Assembly (NCBI GenBank): GCA_044892525.1
Contig: CM097886.1
Location: 74,214,001 to 74,278,000, forward strand
Origin: Schmidtea polychroa
Taxonomy: Eukaryota
Length of the DNA stretch: 64,000 nucleotides
Direction: 5' to 3'
In this document: piece by piece, positions 1-13,400 of the stretch
Layout: every line of letters begins with the position of its first letter
Position numbering within the stretch: the first letter of the stretch is position 1
Notes under the pieces: generated by a model
The model's input: only the letters and a program-made list of their open reading frames with translations
What the model was told of the DNA's origin: nothing
Databases searched by the model: none
Made by a program: the position numbers and the translations under genes

Positions 1-2
1 AC

Positions 3-660
3 AAGACTACTATTTATTATTGGATTAAGGAGTTTTCCACTGACAACAACAACCTGTTTGTTGAAGAAAGAAATAGAGCACCCAAAGAAATTCATGAAGA
101 TAAATTCGAAAAATTGAAGATTATATTGAAGGAAGAGAGAAGAATCACATACAAAGAACTATCAACTAGACTTAATGTAGGCAAGAAGACAGTGCAAATC
201 ATTCTAAAGGGCATTGGAATATAAAAATTAGACAGTGAATTTGCTTCTGGTTTCTTGACAGCAGATATGCAAGAAAAGCGAATGCAAGATTCCACAAAAA
301 TCTGGCATTCTTTGATGCTCTTGGGCAGAATTTTTTGAAGATTATAACGGAGGACGAGAAGCCATGCAGTAAGGGTGAGTCTCGTGTATGTGTGGTTCCA
401 AAGGAAAAGCCACATAAATGCTTCGCTCAGTGATATCTCACCGAAAATGTCTTATGCTTAGTGTGTTTTAAAGTGCAAAAGGTATGATAAAACCGAGTTT
501 ACCCGGGAATTATCAACTTTCATTACTACGGAGAACTGGTAAATGATGTGAGAAATTTGCGACGGGAAGTCTATGGATTCCAAAAATGAATTGAAAAATG
601 TATCTTTATAACGAAAGGAATCCTCACACCCCCTGTGGACTTGGTCATTTAGCAGAAGTT
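3..660 (+). pseudogene. Mariner (Tc1/mariner) transposase relic, stops and frameshifts
   Basis: Frame 3 reads KTTIYYWIKEF...EERRITYKELSTRLNVGKKTVQIILKGIG*KL (HTH region); later frames give FLKIITEDEK (cf. RIVTGDEKW), LMLSVF*SAKGMI and YNERNPH (cf. HDNARPH). Confidence 0.8.
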
Positions 661-3600
661 GCATCAAACAAATTCTGAAATCATTTAATTAATTTTATAT
701 CTTCCCATTAGGTAGTGACAGCTGTGAAAAATTGAAATTAAAGACATTTAATTTCAAAGCTGTCTTTAATAAGAAAAATTTTCATAAAATATCATTTATA
801 TCATTTATATTTGTAATTGAATACATCAGTTTGGATTACAAATTAGTTTCATTTCTCATCACATTGGCTGGTTGTCAAATTGATCAAACCTTCGAAATAA
901 AATGTAATAAGATTCCTCGTAAAATAAAAATCTGAATATTTTGTCGTTTTAAAATTTAATCCAGCTTTTTAAATCATAAAGCTTATCATATAGAAAATGG
1001 TAAACGCATTTTTCCATTTGAAAATGTCTCCAAGTTTTGCATCAGCATTTAATTGTTTTTAGAATAAATGAATAATTATTCAAATTAAGATAAATTATAG
1101 CATTTACTATGTGAATGAATTTTGCCATTCAGGATTTAATTTCCCAATAAATATTTTTGATTTAATCTTTTGCCTTCTATTGATCTTTGTGACATTTTTA
1201 TTCCTTTCTTATTTTCATTGACAATGTTACCTCTGAAACTTTGGTATTTATCACTAAAAATGCGCTTTGAACAAATCATTTACTGTTGCACGCCATTTCA
1301 ATTCCTAATATCATACAATCATACATGCATGAAGGCATATCCGACAAATACATTGAGATACATGAGAATTTTCACAATGTGAATATATTCGTCATTCCGG
1401 ATTTTCATACCAAATCTACACGTATTAGATGCTTAAATAGTGTAAGAGGAACACTAGAACTTGTTTCATAATTAATATATTTCAATATTTTATACGCGCT
1501 GAATATTGCATTTATTTCAATTTCATTGTTTATCAAATGAATTTAAAATTAATATTAAAGACTGAAGTGATGATTTGGAGTGATATTACATGTACCTTTT
1601 ATATATGTTTAATATTTTGTATTACAATACTGGATTTAATTATAAGCGAAATATGACCACTATATTAATTACAAATTCTGTCTTCGAACCACTTTTATAA
1701 TATAAATATGATGTATAATTTACACCAATACATATTATATATTAAAATTCATTTCATAATAAATAACTTATAATTCATAACTAGTGGCAAATACAAACGA
1801 AAATTAGTATTTTTTTGTTTATACTGTTTTGCAAATAATTACAAAAACTTTAGATGAAAACGGTTTTGTTTGAATGAATTTTTAACAAATATAACCGAAG
1901 AATTTGTATTGCTTTGTTTTTTTCTATTTTTTCGAAAGAAAGATTTTTATATGAGAAATTCTTTGCAATGCTAATATTAACGTATAAATTACCAGATTCC
2001 ATTTGGCTTCCGTAAACTGCATAATTTATCATTTGACGTTACGCTGACCATTAAGTAACTAACAGCAATATGAATGGTTGAATATTGACCAATCAATTTC
2101 AACTTTTATAAATAGATTTTTCAAATAAACAGGATAATTTTAATACTGACTTATCTAAGTAATTGTAATTATATAAATTAGAGTCTCCCACTCTGAAAAG
2201 GATTGCAAAAATATATGACATATTTCACATATAAGTTCATCTTCTTTTACCTTTTAAACATCTTTTCTATCTTTTTCTGTTGCTTATTGTAATTACATAA
2301 TAAATAATGTGTAATATTTTGCAAGTATATATTTTCACTCATAAGACCTATTCTTAGTATTCCAACTGATGAATACACAATGTCCTCAACAGGGGTTCGC
2401 AGTGTATAAATATAATACACTTAATTCTGTTTTTACACGGTAGATATGTTCCAGAAAATAATTCTATACAAAAAGACATCATGTACATAGTAAAATAGAT
2501 AATTGGTTTCAGATCTTTAAAACCTGTAAAAAATACGCGAAATAAAAGGAGAATAAACATATTCAATTTTATAAGAACGTTTTTCAAAGTCAAAATTTTA
2601 TTAATGAAAAATATATCGGCATAATAAATATGTCAGGCCAAATTCAGCAGGCAAGCTGCTTTATGGAGTGTTCCATCTTCGTGAGTGCTCTTTTTAGGGA
2701 TGCTGGCACTATCATCCAATTTCTTTTAACTTGGGTTATTGATAGAAGCCTCTGTGGTTCTCATATGTCTTTTTGGAGCCTTTGATCACTCTGTCTATCA
2801 TTTTGTTTTTTATGGGCATGTACTCTTCATATCTGATTCCCACTGATTTTTTTCAATTGACATTGTATTTATTAAAAAGTTTGACTATGGATCAGTAAAT
2901 ATATCGATGTTTTTTTTTTGACATTCACAAATTTTCACATATTTCACAAATTTTAGCGCAACTGAAACAAAAGAATGAAATATTTAAATTTCTCAGAAAC
3001 TAAATTCGCTTTTATACACTAAATATTTCTAGGAAATAGAAATATTTTCTTTAAAATTTAAAACAAACAATTTTTAACCGTGATAAATCGATGAAAATTG
3101 TGTAAAAGCTTAATTGAATTTTATTTTTGTAGACCGTGTTAAATCAAATCCATATTTTATTTTATATAATTTTTATTATGTTTGCTGAGTTTTTGTAAAT
3201 AATAATAAAGTAAGAATAATTAAAAAATGTTAGAAAATATTAACTAAAAAGAATTTAAAAAGTAATAATATTAAATTTAATGATGATAATTTTAAATTAA
3301 TGGTAAAAATGGTGTCCATTTCAGTAAAAAAATCGACATTGTTGCCGCTTAATTAAAACGAAATTGAAACTTTGAATGGTTACCATTTAATTTATAAAAA
3401 TATTTTGTAATTCTATTTTATGACTTTCGCAAAATACGCCGGTTTTGTGTAGTATCGACATAGCTAATATTTTAATTGGATATTAATTTGAATTAAATAA
3501 CAAAATCTAAATTTCAAAACTTAAAATTTAGGTTTACAAACTATTTAAAATTCAATTTTTAATTTTTTCCCTTGACCTCTTTTTGATTTAGATTTTTATT

Positions 3601-4293
3601 TTTTAAATTATCCACGTTATATTTTCTAATATCAAAGAATTAACTATAAAATGCTCTATAAAATTTAATTGTCCGATTGTTATTATTCTGTCTATGCCTA
3701 AATGTTTTCCGATGGAATTTTTATATGTTTCTTTCAATGAAATTTTATCAATTTTTATCCGATAATTCAGTTTAGTTTAATATTTTGAAGTCATTTCTAC
3801 TTTATCTATTGTCCATTTTATTTTACAATTCTTCAAAAATTAGGCTTGATCCAAAATAATTCATCGTAAACATCGGATACCACAAATATATTTACCATAA
3901 CCTCTAGGATATTTTATTAATAAACTTCAAGTTCATATGTTTTAAGAGTTTTATTTATTTTTATGAATTATTGGCTAAATTTAAATTTCTACTAATTTTT
4001 GACTTGAATTGCCTCTATATGAAAATATTATTAGTTAGATTTATAATTTTCTTTGCTTGTTATACGACAAGTAGCTTAATTAGACATTGATCAATCATTT
4101 TGGTTATAATCTCTGTTGTTTATAGAATAAGATTATGAATTTACACAGCAAATTAAAATGAAATAAATAATGTATCAAATTTTCTGCAAGTAAATAATAC
4201 AAAAAGAAAAATTTTCCATTCAACTGTTAAATTTTGTGATTGGTTAAAATATATATATTATTCAACTCCTGCTTGAATACTTGTTGGATTCAG

Positions 4294-4439
4294 AATTTTA
4301 TGAAGAAGAAGACGAGGGTATGCATGAACAATTTAGTGAACCGGAGGATTCAGATCGAGCTGATGACAGTGACTATGACCCGAATTGTGTTGAATATGTT
4401 GAATCAGGGTCACGACAAAAGAAAATAAAATCCACTGGG
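4294..4439 (+). CDS. PACS: PACS exon (acidic cluster)
   Basis: ttcag|AA TTT TAT...EFYEEEDEGMHEQFSEPEDSDRADDSDYD...KSTG|gtaagt; phase 1 in, phase 0 out. Confidence 0.8.
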
Positions 4440-7400
4440 GTAAGTATGGAAATAATACAATCAATTTAATTTAATACATATCCAATTATATTTATATAAT
4501 TAATAACTAAGTATTTAATTATTGATGCCGTCATAACTTACATAAAAATCCCAAGCGAAAGTCCAAACGGGTCCTTCCTTGCCTATTAAATTGTATTTTA
4601 AACAAAAATGATTTTCTATTGGAATGTTTAGTTTATAAAACTATAATATCTTTAATATTTTCTATCCTACCTGACAATGACAAGGAAACAGTGGAAACAT
4701 ATCATAAAACAAATATTTGAGATGTGACTTTTTTATAATTATATCATTACAATGTATGTTTTAATTATATGTTCAAATTTAAAAAATCTTTTAACTATAA
4801 AATTTTAATATTTATTTCACACACAAGGTTATCTTAATATTAATCAACAGTCCATAAATTTAAAATTAAAAATTCACTTGAAAAACATGCGGATATGTAG
4901 AGCATTAATAAAAAGAAAGATACGAGACTATTGATTATCATGAACCTTGAGCGATCCTAAACAACATATTTGTAACTGACTGGGATGAAACATTGCCTTA
5001 TTTCAGCTTGAAGTATGAAAGAAGTCATATTTTTTTATGAAAATGAAATTTGTGAAGAAATTGGATAGGAAATTATAAAAATGATGATTTAGTTCTAACT
5101 GAAACAAACTTCAAATGCGAACTTTCTATTAATCTATTTTAAACAAGTTTACACAGACAGACTAAAATCATTTTACAGATATTTTCAGTTGAAACCAAAA
5201 TTTCATAATAAAATTTTCATAACATTAACAACTCAAACCAAAATAATAAACCATTTCCAATTTTATCAATTATTATTAATGTAAAATAAAATTTATAAAA
5301 ATACTCTTGGTTTTTAAATTGGTATTCATTATAGATAGGTGGTCATCATCGTCACAGACGTTCTTCTTCACCCTCAACCACATTACCTGAATGGGTAAGC
5401 TTAATGAATATTTGTATACATTTTTATAGTTATTATTATTTATATTATTATTGAATGCTACCTTTTCTTTTTAATTATATCAAATATAATCTATGCAGTG
5501 TTCTCATAATAATTAATACCGTGCCCCCTATTGTTTATTTATTGCTATTTTAATACAATATTTAAATAAAAATTTACATTTAATTGATAACTATTTTGTT
5601 TTTCTAAAAAATTTCAGTATCCTCAAAATACCAATAATTATAAACTGGCGATCCTCGAAGAGATCTTAATGTAGCAAAAAGACAGTATGGATAAAAGGGC
5701 GTTGAGACAATGTAAAAGATTGAAAACGAAATATTTCATTGATTTACAACCAGATGAATGAACCATTTAGATGCAAGAAAAAAGAATTTGAAGGATTTTG
5801 AAGTTAATCCCTAAGAACTTTTAAAGGGATTTAAACATTTGATGTATGGCTTCTTAAAATAACATGATATTAGAAGATCAACGACATTTTACAAAATTGA
5901 TGGGAACGTACGGAAACATCGGTCAAAGCAGTTACATATCAGAGATTATTACATCAGCTGGTGACAACGTTGCTTTTGTGATAGTAAATAAGATAATAAA
6001 ATAAAGATGGGAGATTCAAATGGTATTTATATAACCGTTCTAGTATTGACAAGTTATATTGATGTTATTATTTTTAATTATCAGAGGAAAAAAGAAATGT
6101 TTATCAATATAAGACTTTGCAAATACGCATTGTTTACAAATCTCAAATAAATTTGTGCAACAGAGAAGAATTAAACAAATTATTTACAATCTCTTGAAAT
6201 AATTGATTATCTTGAAGATGGGGCTACAAAAAACTGTCATAGAAATTTTATAACCCCATCACTTGATGAACTGTCATAAAGGTTTGGAATAAAATATCGC
6301 TGGAAATGGTAGAATTAGTATCTGAATATTTGAAGCCTGTGCATTGAAGTCTCAGTACCCGGACTACTCAATTAAAATAGTAGTAATTTAACAATGGTCC
6401 AGTGGAAGCATAATATATTATTTCTATAAAAAATATCAATATCTTTACTGATTCATAGTCAAGTTTTTTAATAAATATGTCGATTGAAAAGAAATCTGGT
6501 GAAAATTGAAAAAAGTTCTTATAATACTAATATGGTTACAAAAATATAGTTTGTTTTAATATTCACCTACATAGCAACGTGAATGAGCACATTTCAATTT
6601 ATTTGTCAAATTATATTACATCCTGCTGAATGTCATAGCGTGATTAAATTTTTTGTTTTGAGTAATGATTACAGCCTGTTGTTTGTTTCCTTTAGAACTT
6701 TGTTCTGACACTACTTGAACGCACCACGCATGAAAGATTGGAAACTTTGATTGTACTTTCAATTAATATCTTAAATGTTAATGAAAACAACATTCATTTT
6801 GATGATTATGATAATAGGATTTTATTCCAAGTGTAATTTTGTTTCGGTTGTTGAACATTATAACATTGACGTTTAAAAGAGCCATTTCTTTTACAGTAAC
6901 TACAATTTATATATTCGCTGCATTCCCAACATCTCCTAGGTCTGTTCTGGATATTCATCGGCTTCCTTCTGTTGTCTATAATATTCATTTCTAACATTGA
7001 CTAATCTTAATTGCTGTTTGAATCTTGGTATTTAATTTTCCTTCTGAAATGGATTTTTTTGCCTGTCGTATTGAATCTTTGTGATGATCTGAGTTCATTA
7101 TGGAACTGTCTATCATTTCTTCTTTTAGCTGTCGTTAATTGTTCTCTTTTAAAATTTGCCGCAGCTACATACCTTATAGTTATTGTATTCATACCATTTT
7201 GGTTTCTTCAGTTCGTTCTGTTATATTTTTAATTACTGTTTTTTATTTTAAACCTTACATTTCCATATTTTTTTCAACCGTCAAATATAAAGAAATTTTA
7301 AATAAAAATACTTATTTATTCTTCCTGCTTTAAACTATGCCTCAAAATATTGTCAATCAACTTGTCAACGTTTCTAAAATATTCGATAAGATGAAATAGT

Positions 7401-10400
7401 TATAAGATAATTATTTATTTTTATGCCATAGGAGTGTCTAAATCAAAACACATAATTTTCTTCTAATAAGCTATTTTTATATTTAAATTTTTTATATAAA
7501 AAATAATTAATTCTAAACCTTTAAATAGCGTTGTCAAATCACGACCATAATATTTTATGACTAAATTGCTTTACTCTTTCATATAGAAGACCTATATTAC
7601 GAAAATATCAGTAATATAAGTCTAATGGGCTATTTGTGGAAAAAAAGCACCGGAAAGAAGAAATAAAAACTCGAACTTATAATAAGGGAAACTTTGTATT
7701 ATCGTTTTATAGCGTATCTAGTAAAGTTATTCGATTACGATCATGCCGTTTATTTAGTTTTATTGGTTTTATTCAGCAAAAGCAGATCAAACAAAAAATA
7801 ATGGGCTTATTGAAAAAGGTCAAATTAATGGAGCATAGTGAAGTAGGTGTAGGAAGATATTTAGTGCTTGTTTAAATTTTTCAAGGAGTTAGATCCTCGA
7901 GATACTTGCCAATTATGGGATGAAATTGATCAATTAGAAAATGTCAGTGAAGATTCCGATATCGGTGACATGGATACATTATCCATACAAAGTACTCCTA
8001 GACCTACTTTGAGGCCTTTTTTTGGCCATTCTGGAGTACAGAATCATACTGGAACTGAAGGTTCGGAAGACACTTTGAGTGCAGTATGATGGTTGAATAA
8101 TTTTTTATCAAATTTATCTCTGTAAAGGAAGCTGGAGCCAAATTACTAAAAAAGCTACAATTAGAAACGTCCGGAAACATTGGTCAAAACAGTTTGTCTA
8201 GTGTCAACACTTCAGAGATTACTACATCAGCTGGTGACAAAAATCGTGTAAATGATGGATCTGTAAGTAATATTAATTCATATTGATGTTTACTTTTTAA
8301 TAAATAATTTATTATAATTATAATTATTATTTTATTAATTTTAATATTATTTTATTATTATTATTATTATAAAGCAATTATATTAATTAAAGCAATTAGT
8401 TCAAAAACTTTATCAATATCCCTGTGATGTCATGGTTTCGGTGACTGATGATATTTCATTGAATTGAACCAATTAATCTAGAAATTTTCATCTTGTATTT
8501 ATTATAAATTCTGTATCGAAATAAAAACAGACATAGAAATAATTATTCTGATAAAAAATTGCACGAAATCATTAAATTCTAATCTAAAAAGTGCACCAAA
8601 TCAATTTATCTTCCGACATAAGTTACATAACCTCTTACATAATCATACATTTCTATTCCAAACATATTTGTAGATAAATCTATTTTTTCAAGTTAAAGGA
8701 ATTGATTAAAACCTTTTTGTTATTCTTCATTAAAATTTGATTCTTTTATTTCACAGATAATTATTTGTGTGTTTTCAATAAATCATTTGTTATTTTCTAA
8801 TTTCCATGATGGAATTAAAGTGACTACATGACTATCATCTCTGGTTTAAATTTATTATTATTTATTTTATTATTATTATTATTATTAATTAATTAATTAA
8901 TTAATTAATTATTTATTATTATTCTATTACCATTATAAGTTTATTATTTTATATTAAGATTATTGTTATCTAATATTATTTAATTTTATTATAGTGGTTA
9001 TAAAATCATTTGTTATTTTCTAATTTCCATGATGGAATTAAAGTGACTACATGACTATCATCTCTGGTTTAAATTTATTATTATTTATTTTATTATTATT
9101 ATTATTAATTAATTAATTAATTAATTAATTAATTATTTATTATTATTCTATTACCATTATAAGTTTATTATTTTATATTAAGATTATTGTTATCTAATAT
9201 TATTTAATTTTATTATAGTGGTTATAAAATTTCTACTTATTTAATAGGATTAAGGTTCAATTACGATTATAAAATAATTAACATTTATTGAGAGGTAATA
9301 TTCATGTGCAGTTTATAATAATTAACTTGTTGATCGCAACGTCATCCGTATGTTTAATATAATCAACTTATATAGACTTCATGTCGGACATGTATGTCTA
9401 GCCTTGCCAACGGAAATAAGAATAAATAATCGTGATAATGATAATAATAATATTATTATTAGTATTAATAATAATAATAATAATAATATAATAATCGATT
9501 TTCCCGTATTGCGTATTGGAGACTTTCTATAAATGTTTTTTTATATTATTTTTTATTAAAAGAAGATTTCTCTTTGCGCCAGGTAAGTATACAATATTGT
9601 TGATTCAACTCTATTGCATACTTTCCCTGGAACACTGGAAATCACATCACTTGCAAATTAGCTTATTCACAGAAAAATATCTGCAAACTTGTAAACATGA
9701 AAAAGCATATTCACATCTGGAGACCAAAATAGTCTATACACTGTACACAGAAACTGTTTACAAGTGCACCCGTAATGCTTTAGCTATTTTAACTTGTAAT
9801 GGTGTAAAAAAATAATAATAATATATAAAACTCTAAATATGTTGGTTTGTTTGCTACCTTTCGCTGGTCGCACAGCCTAATCCGCTGCAGCTAGGCAGCA
9901 GAAAATTTCACTACTTTTTATTTTCGTTATATACCTTCGCTTGTGGTTTTAACGACATTATTATATTTTAATTACTAATTATTAAAATTACAAAATTTTT
10001 TCCCCCAAAAAAATGTAAATTTTCAAGGCGATTTTACTATAAACAAAAATAAATCGACTTGGATAAATGTTATGAAGGAATGAAGGAATGTATTGAAGCA
10101 GTTTTTAAGGTAACACGTTTTCTGAATTATTTAGTTTTATTAAGGATGGAGATGGGTAAGTTGAAAAGGAGGACGGAAAAATTAATTTTACAGACGAAGT
10201 TAGATATTTCAATATTTTAACTGAGAGAACTCACCCGGCATTTAAAAATTTGAGCATTCAAGAATCTTCATTGTTGAACGATAAGGAGATTCTGACCCCT
10301 ACAAATGATATGGCAGTAATTATGAACAATTCATTATTAATAATGTTAGCATATGAAGAATGGTAACATATGAATCATTGAAGTCTTTGTGGGAGAATAC

Positions 10401-13400
10401 AATTCGCTACCCAGTTGAGATTTTGTATACCCTTAACTTAAATTACTCCAGATATTGAGGAATATTTACTTTGAATTTTTTTTGTAAAACTTTGTAAAAT
10501 GAAATTATAAAATGTTTATAAAAAGAATTTTTGTTTAAAATTTGTATTTATGGGTTCAAAAAAACTGTTTTATATTTTTTGAAATGGAAATTTTGTATTT
10601 TGCTGAATAATAAAGTTTTGCAAACGATTTAAATTACCTTAACACTCTCACTGCCACAGAAAAATCATGCTTTTTTAACATGTTATTGTCAAACACATTG
10701 ATCTGACAAGTTTTTTTAAAAAAAGTCTCTGTCAGACAAATCGACCTGACACAGAGTATGTTAAAAAATGCGTTGTCATAATCCTAACGGTACGAAGAGA
10801 AAATTTCCAAAAATTGTTGTGGTGGGAATGGCAGAGTACTGTCAGTCAAAAATTATTGACATGGCACTGACAGTGTTAATTAATTTAACTCTATTGGAAT
10901 ATACTATAATTTGAATACTTGAATATGAATACTTGAAACCGTGGCTAAAATTAGTATAAGCAATGTTGAAGTTCTGGAAAATCCAGTCAAATTTTCTTCC
11001 AAATTTAAATTTAACGTTACAATTGAATGTCTTGAAAACTTAGAAGATGATTTGGAATGGAAGTTAATTTATGTCAGCAGCGCCTATAATGCAGATTTAG
11101 ATCAAGTCATTGACTCAGTATTAGTTGGACCAATTCCTGTTGGTCGTCATGATTTCGTTCTTGATGCTCCAGGTCCAGCAAAAATCCCGGTTGATGATAT
11201 TGTCGATGTTACTGTTATTTTACTTGAAGCATTTTATAAAGATCAAGAATTTGTTCGAATCGGTTATTTTGTCAGCAATGAATATGAAAAAGAAGAAATG
11301 AATTCTGTTTGATCTATGCAAAATCAAGCATTTCAAGGCTGCAATAACGAGGACAATCTCAACTCTGAGACAAATACAACAAAACTGAATCTCAATAAAA
11401 TATCTTTTACCAAAACATCAGACTTTAATCCTTTCAACACTGAATTTTATTTTTTCAGAAAATGATAAATTTTTAGTGTTCTGTATATTATTTTAGGAGT
11501 TTTCAGGTTTTCAGTTGGGATAGCATAGATCCCAGTAGTATGTTATGATAGGGATATATTTATCCCAGCAGTAAACATTGGCATGCAAATAAAAAAAAAT
11601 GTACAATAATAACATAAAACTATATAATAAAATAACTATTATTAATATAAAATGAATTATGAATGGTATGGTGCAAAACATGTTTTACACAAAGGATATT
11701 TTTTTGTGCATGCTAGACAATATTGCGTTGTTCTTCTTTCTCTTCCCAGACTTACACATCGTACACATCGCAATCTTGACTTAGGTTCATAGGCTGGAAG
11801 ATAATCTTTGTTTTTTTCTAATGGTCTTTTCGATCTTCTCCCCCCTCCATTACTCCTCGTTACACCTGTTGTTTTTTGTCCTTCTTTTATAAGAGATTCT
11901 GCTAATGGCACAATGAAGCTGATGAGTGTCTGTTGTCGTTTTGATTTTTTGTCATCTCGAGTCAGTTCTTTTTTTATAATAAAACTATTTGTTGCTGACA
12001 TCATTAGAACTTTGTAGAAGACTTTCTTGCACCATTTAGCTGACCTTCTATTTAGGCCGTAAACGGCCACAAGTTGGTCACAGAGATCTACACCGCCCAT
12101 TTTCTCATTATAAAATTTTATTGCTGAAGAACATGAAATTTCTTTTTTTTCGCCGGTTTTTTCTCTTCTACAAACTGTTTCAATAGTGTTGTCATGAAAA
12201 TTACTCAATACTATCACGTTCTTAGTATCCCTTTGATTAATTAAGATTTCACTTTCTCTTTTATCTAACTTTTTTTCCTCAAATTTTGGCATGTTTTTTC
12301 GGTTAGACAAACATGTTGCCACGACAGGATTTTTATATTTTGAATAAGATTCACATGACAAAAAAATCTATCAAAGCAAATGCTCCCTTCTTCAAGTTTG
12401 GCTCTTATAGTTGATAACAATTTATTGACAACTCTTTCTCCTAATGTGGTTGATGTATCTGTTTCTTCCTTTCCATGGTAAATGTTTAGATCATATACAT
12501 ATCCAGTATCAGCGTCGCATCGCAACCATAATTTTATGCCTCGTTTTATTGGTTTGTTTGGGCAGAATTGCTTCAAAGAAGAGGTACCTTTGAATTTGGT
12601 CATTGATTCATTTATAGATTGGAAGTAGCTGTCTCCTCTTGCTCTTGGAAATGTAAATTTCAAACATAATACCAATTCCTCTGTATAATATGTTTTGCCA
12701 GCACTATCAGGCTTAACTGGATCATTGAAATACAGTTTTGACATAAGAAATAAAAATCTATCTCTGTACATTGCTGATTTTATGACAGGGTTGCCCAGTG
12801 ACGGATGCTGTGACCAGTAGTCGACATTGCAGGTAAATGATTTTACGACATTATCAAAATAATTCCCACAATAATCATCATCTCTCCTGGATCAGCGTGA
12901 GTAAGTTTTTTTTCAAGTATTTCAATCCTTTGATTTGTACACTGAGCAATATACATAAATAGGCTCTTTTGGAAAAGTTTTAAAAATATCTTCAACTCAT
13001 CGGGGTGATGAGCTATAAATATTTCGAGCTATAAATAAATGCCAGGATGTTATAAAACTATGACCCTGGGCAAAAGTTCGATGATGTTAGCTATAAATAT
13101 TTCACACGTCTTTGGCTGGGGTACCATTTTGAATGGTTGAAAATTTTCCGGCATTTTTGTCCATTGTTGTGACGACAAATGTAAAGGAACGCAGCTTCCT
13201 AAAGATTCTGCATTCGGTATAGTCAATTCTTGCACACAAGGCTCACCTAAAATAGATTCATTGTTTCTGTCACCTTCTGTTTGAATGAAGTCCTCGCTAC
13301 TGTCTGAATCACTGGAAGAATCATCAATGTTTCATTTGGATGATAGGACGAACCATCACTAAAGTCATCACCACTTTCTTCTTCTAACTCTAATGTTTCA

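Noticed and set aside
700-4293. PACS N-terminal furin-binding-region exons
   Set aside because: No matching peptide (e.g. YPHFLK, SLSSQP) found; presumed upstream of the window.
9600-9800. Possible piggyBac C-terminal remnant (ETVYKC)
   Set aside because: Too few cysteines conserved and no terminus found.
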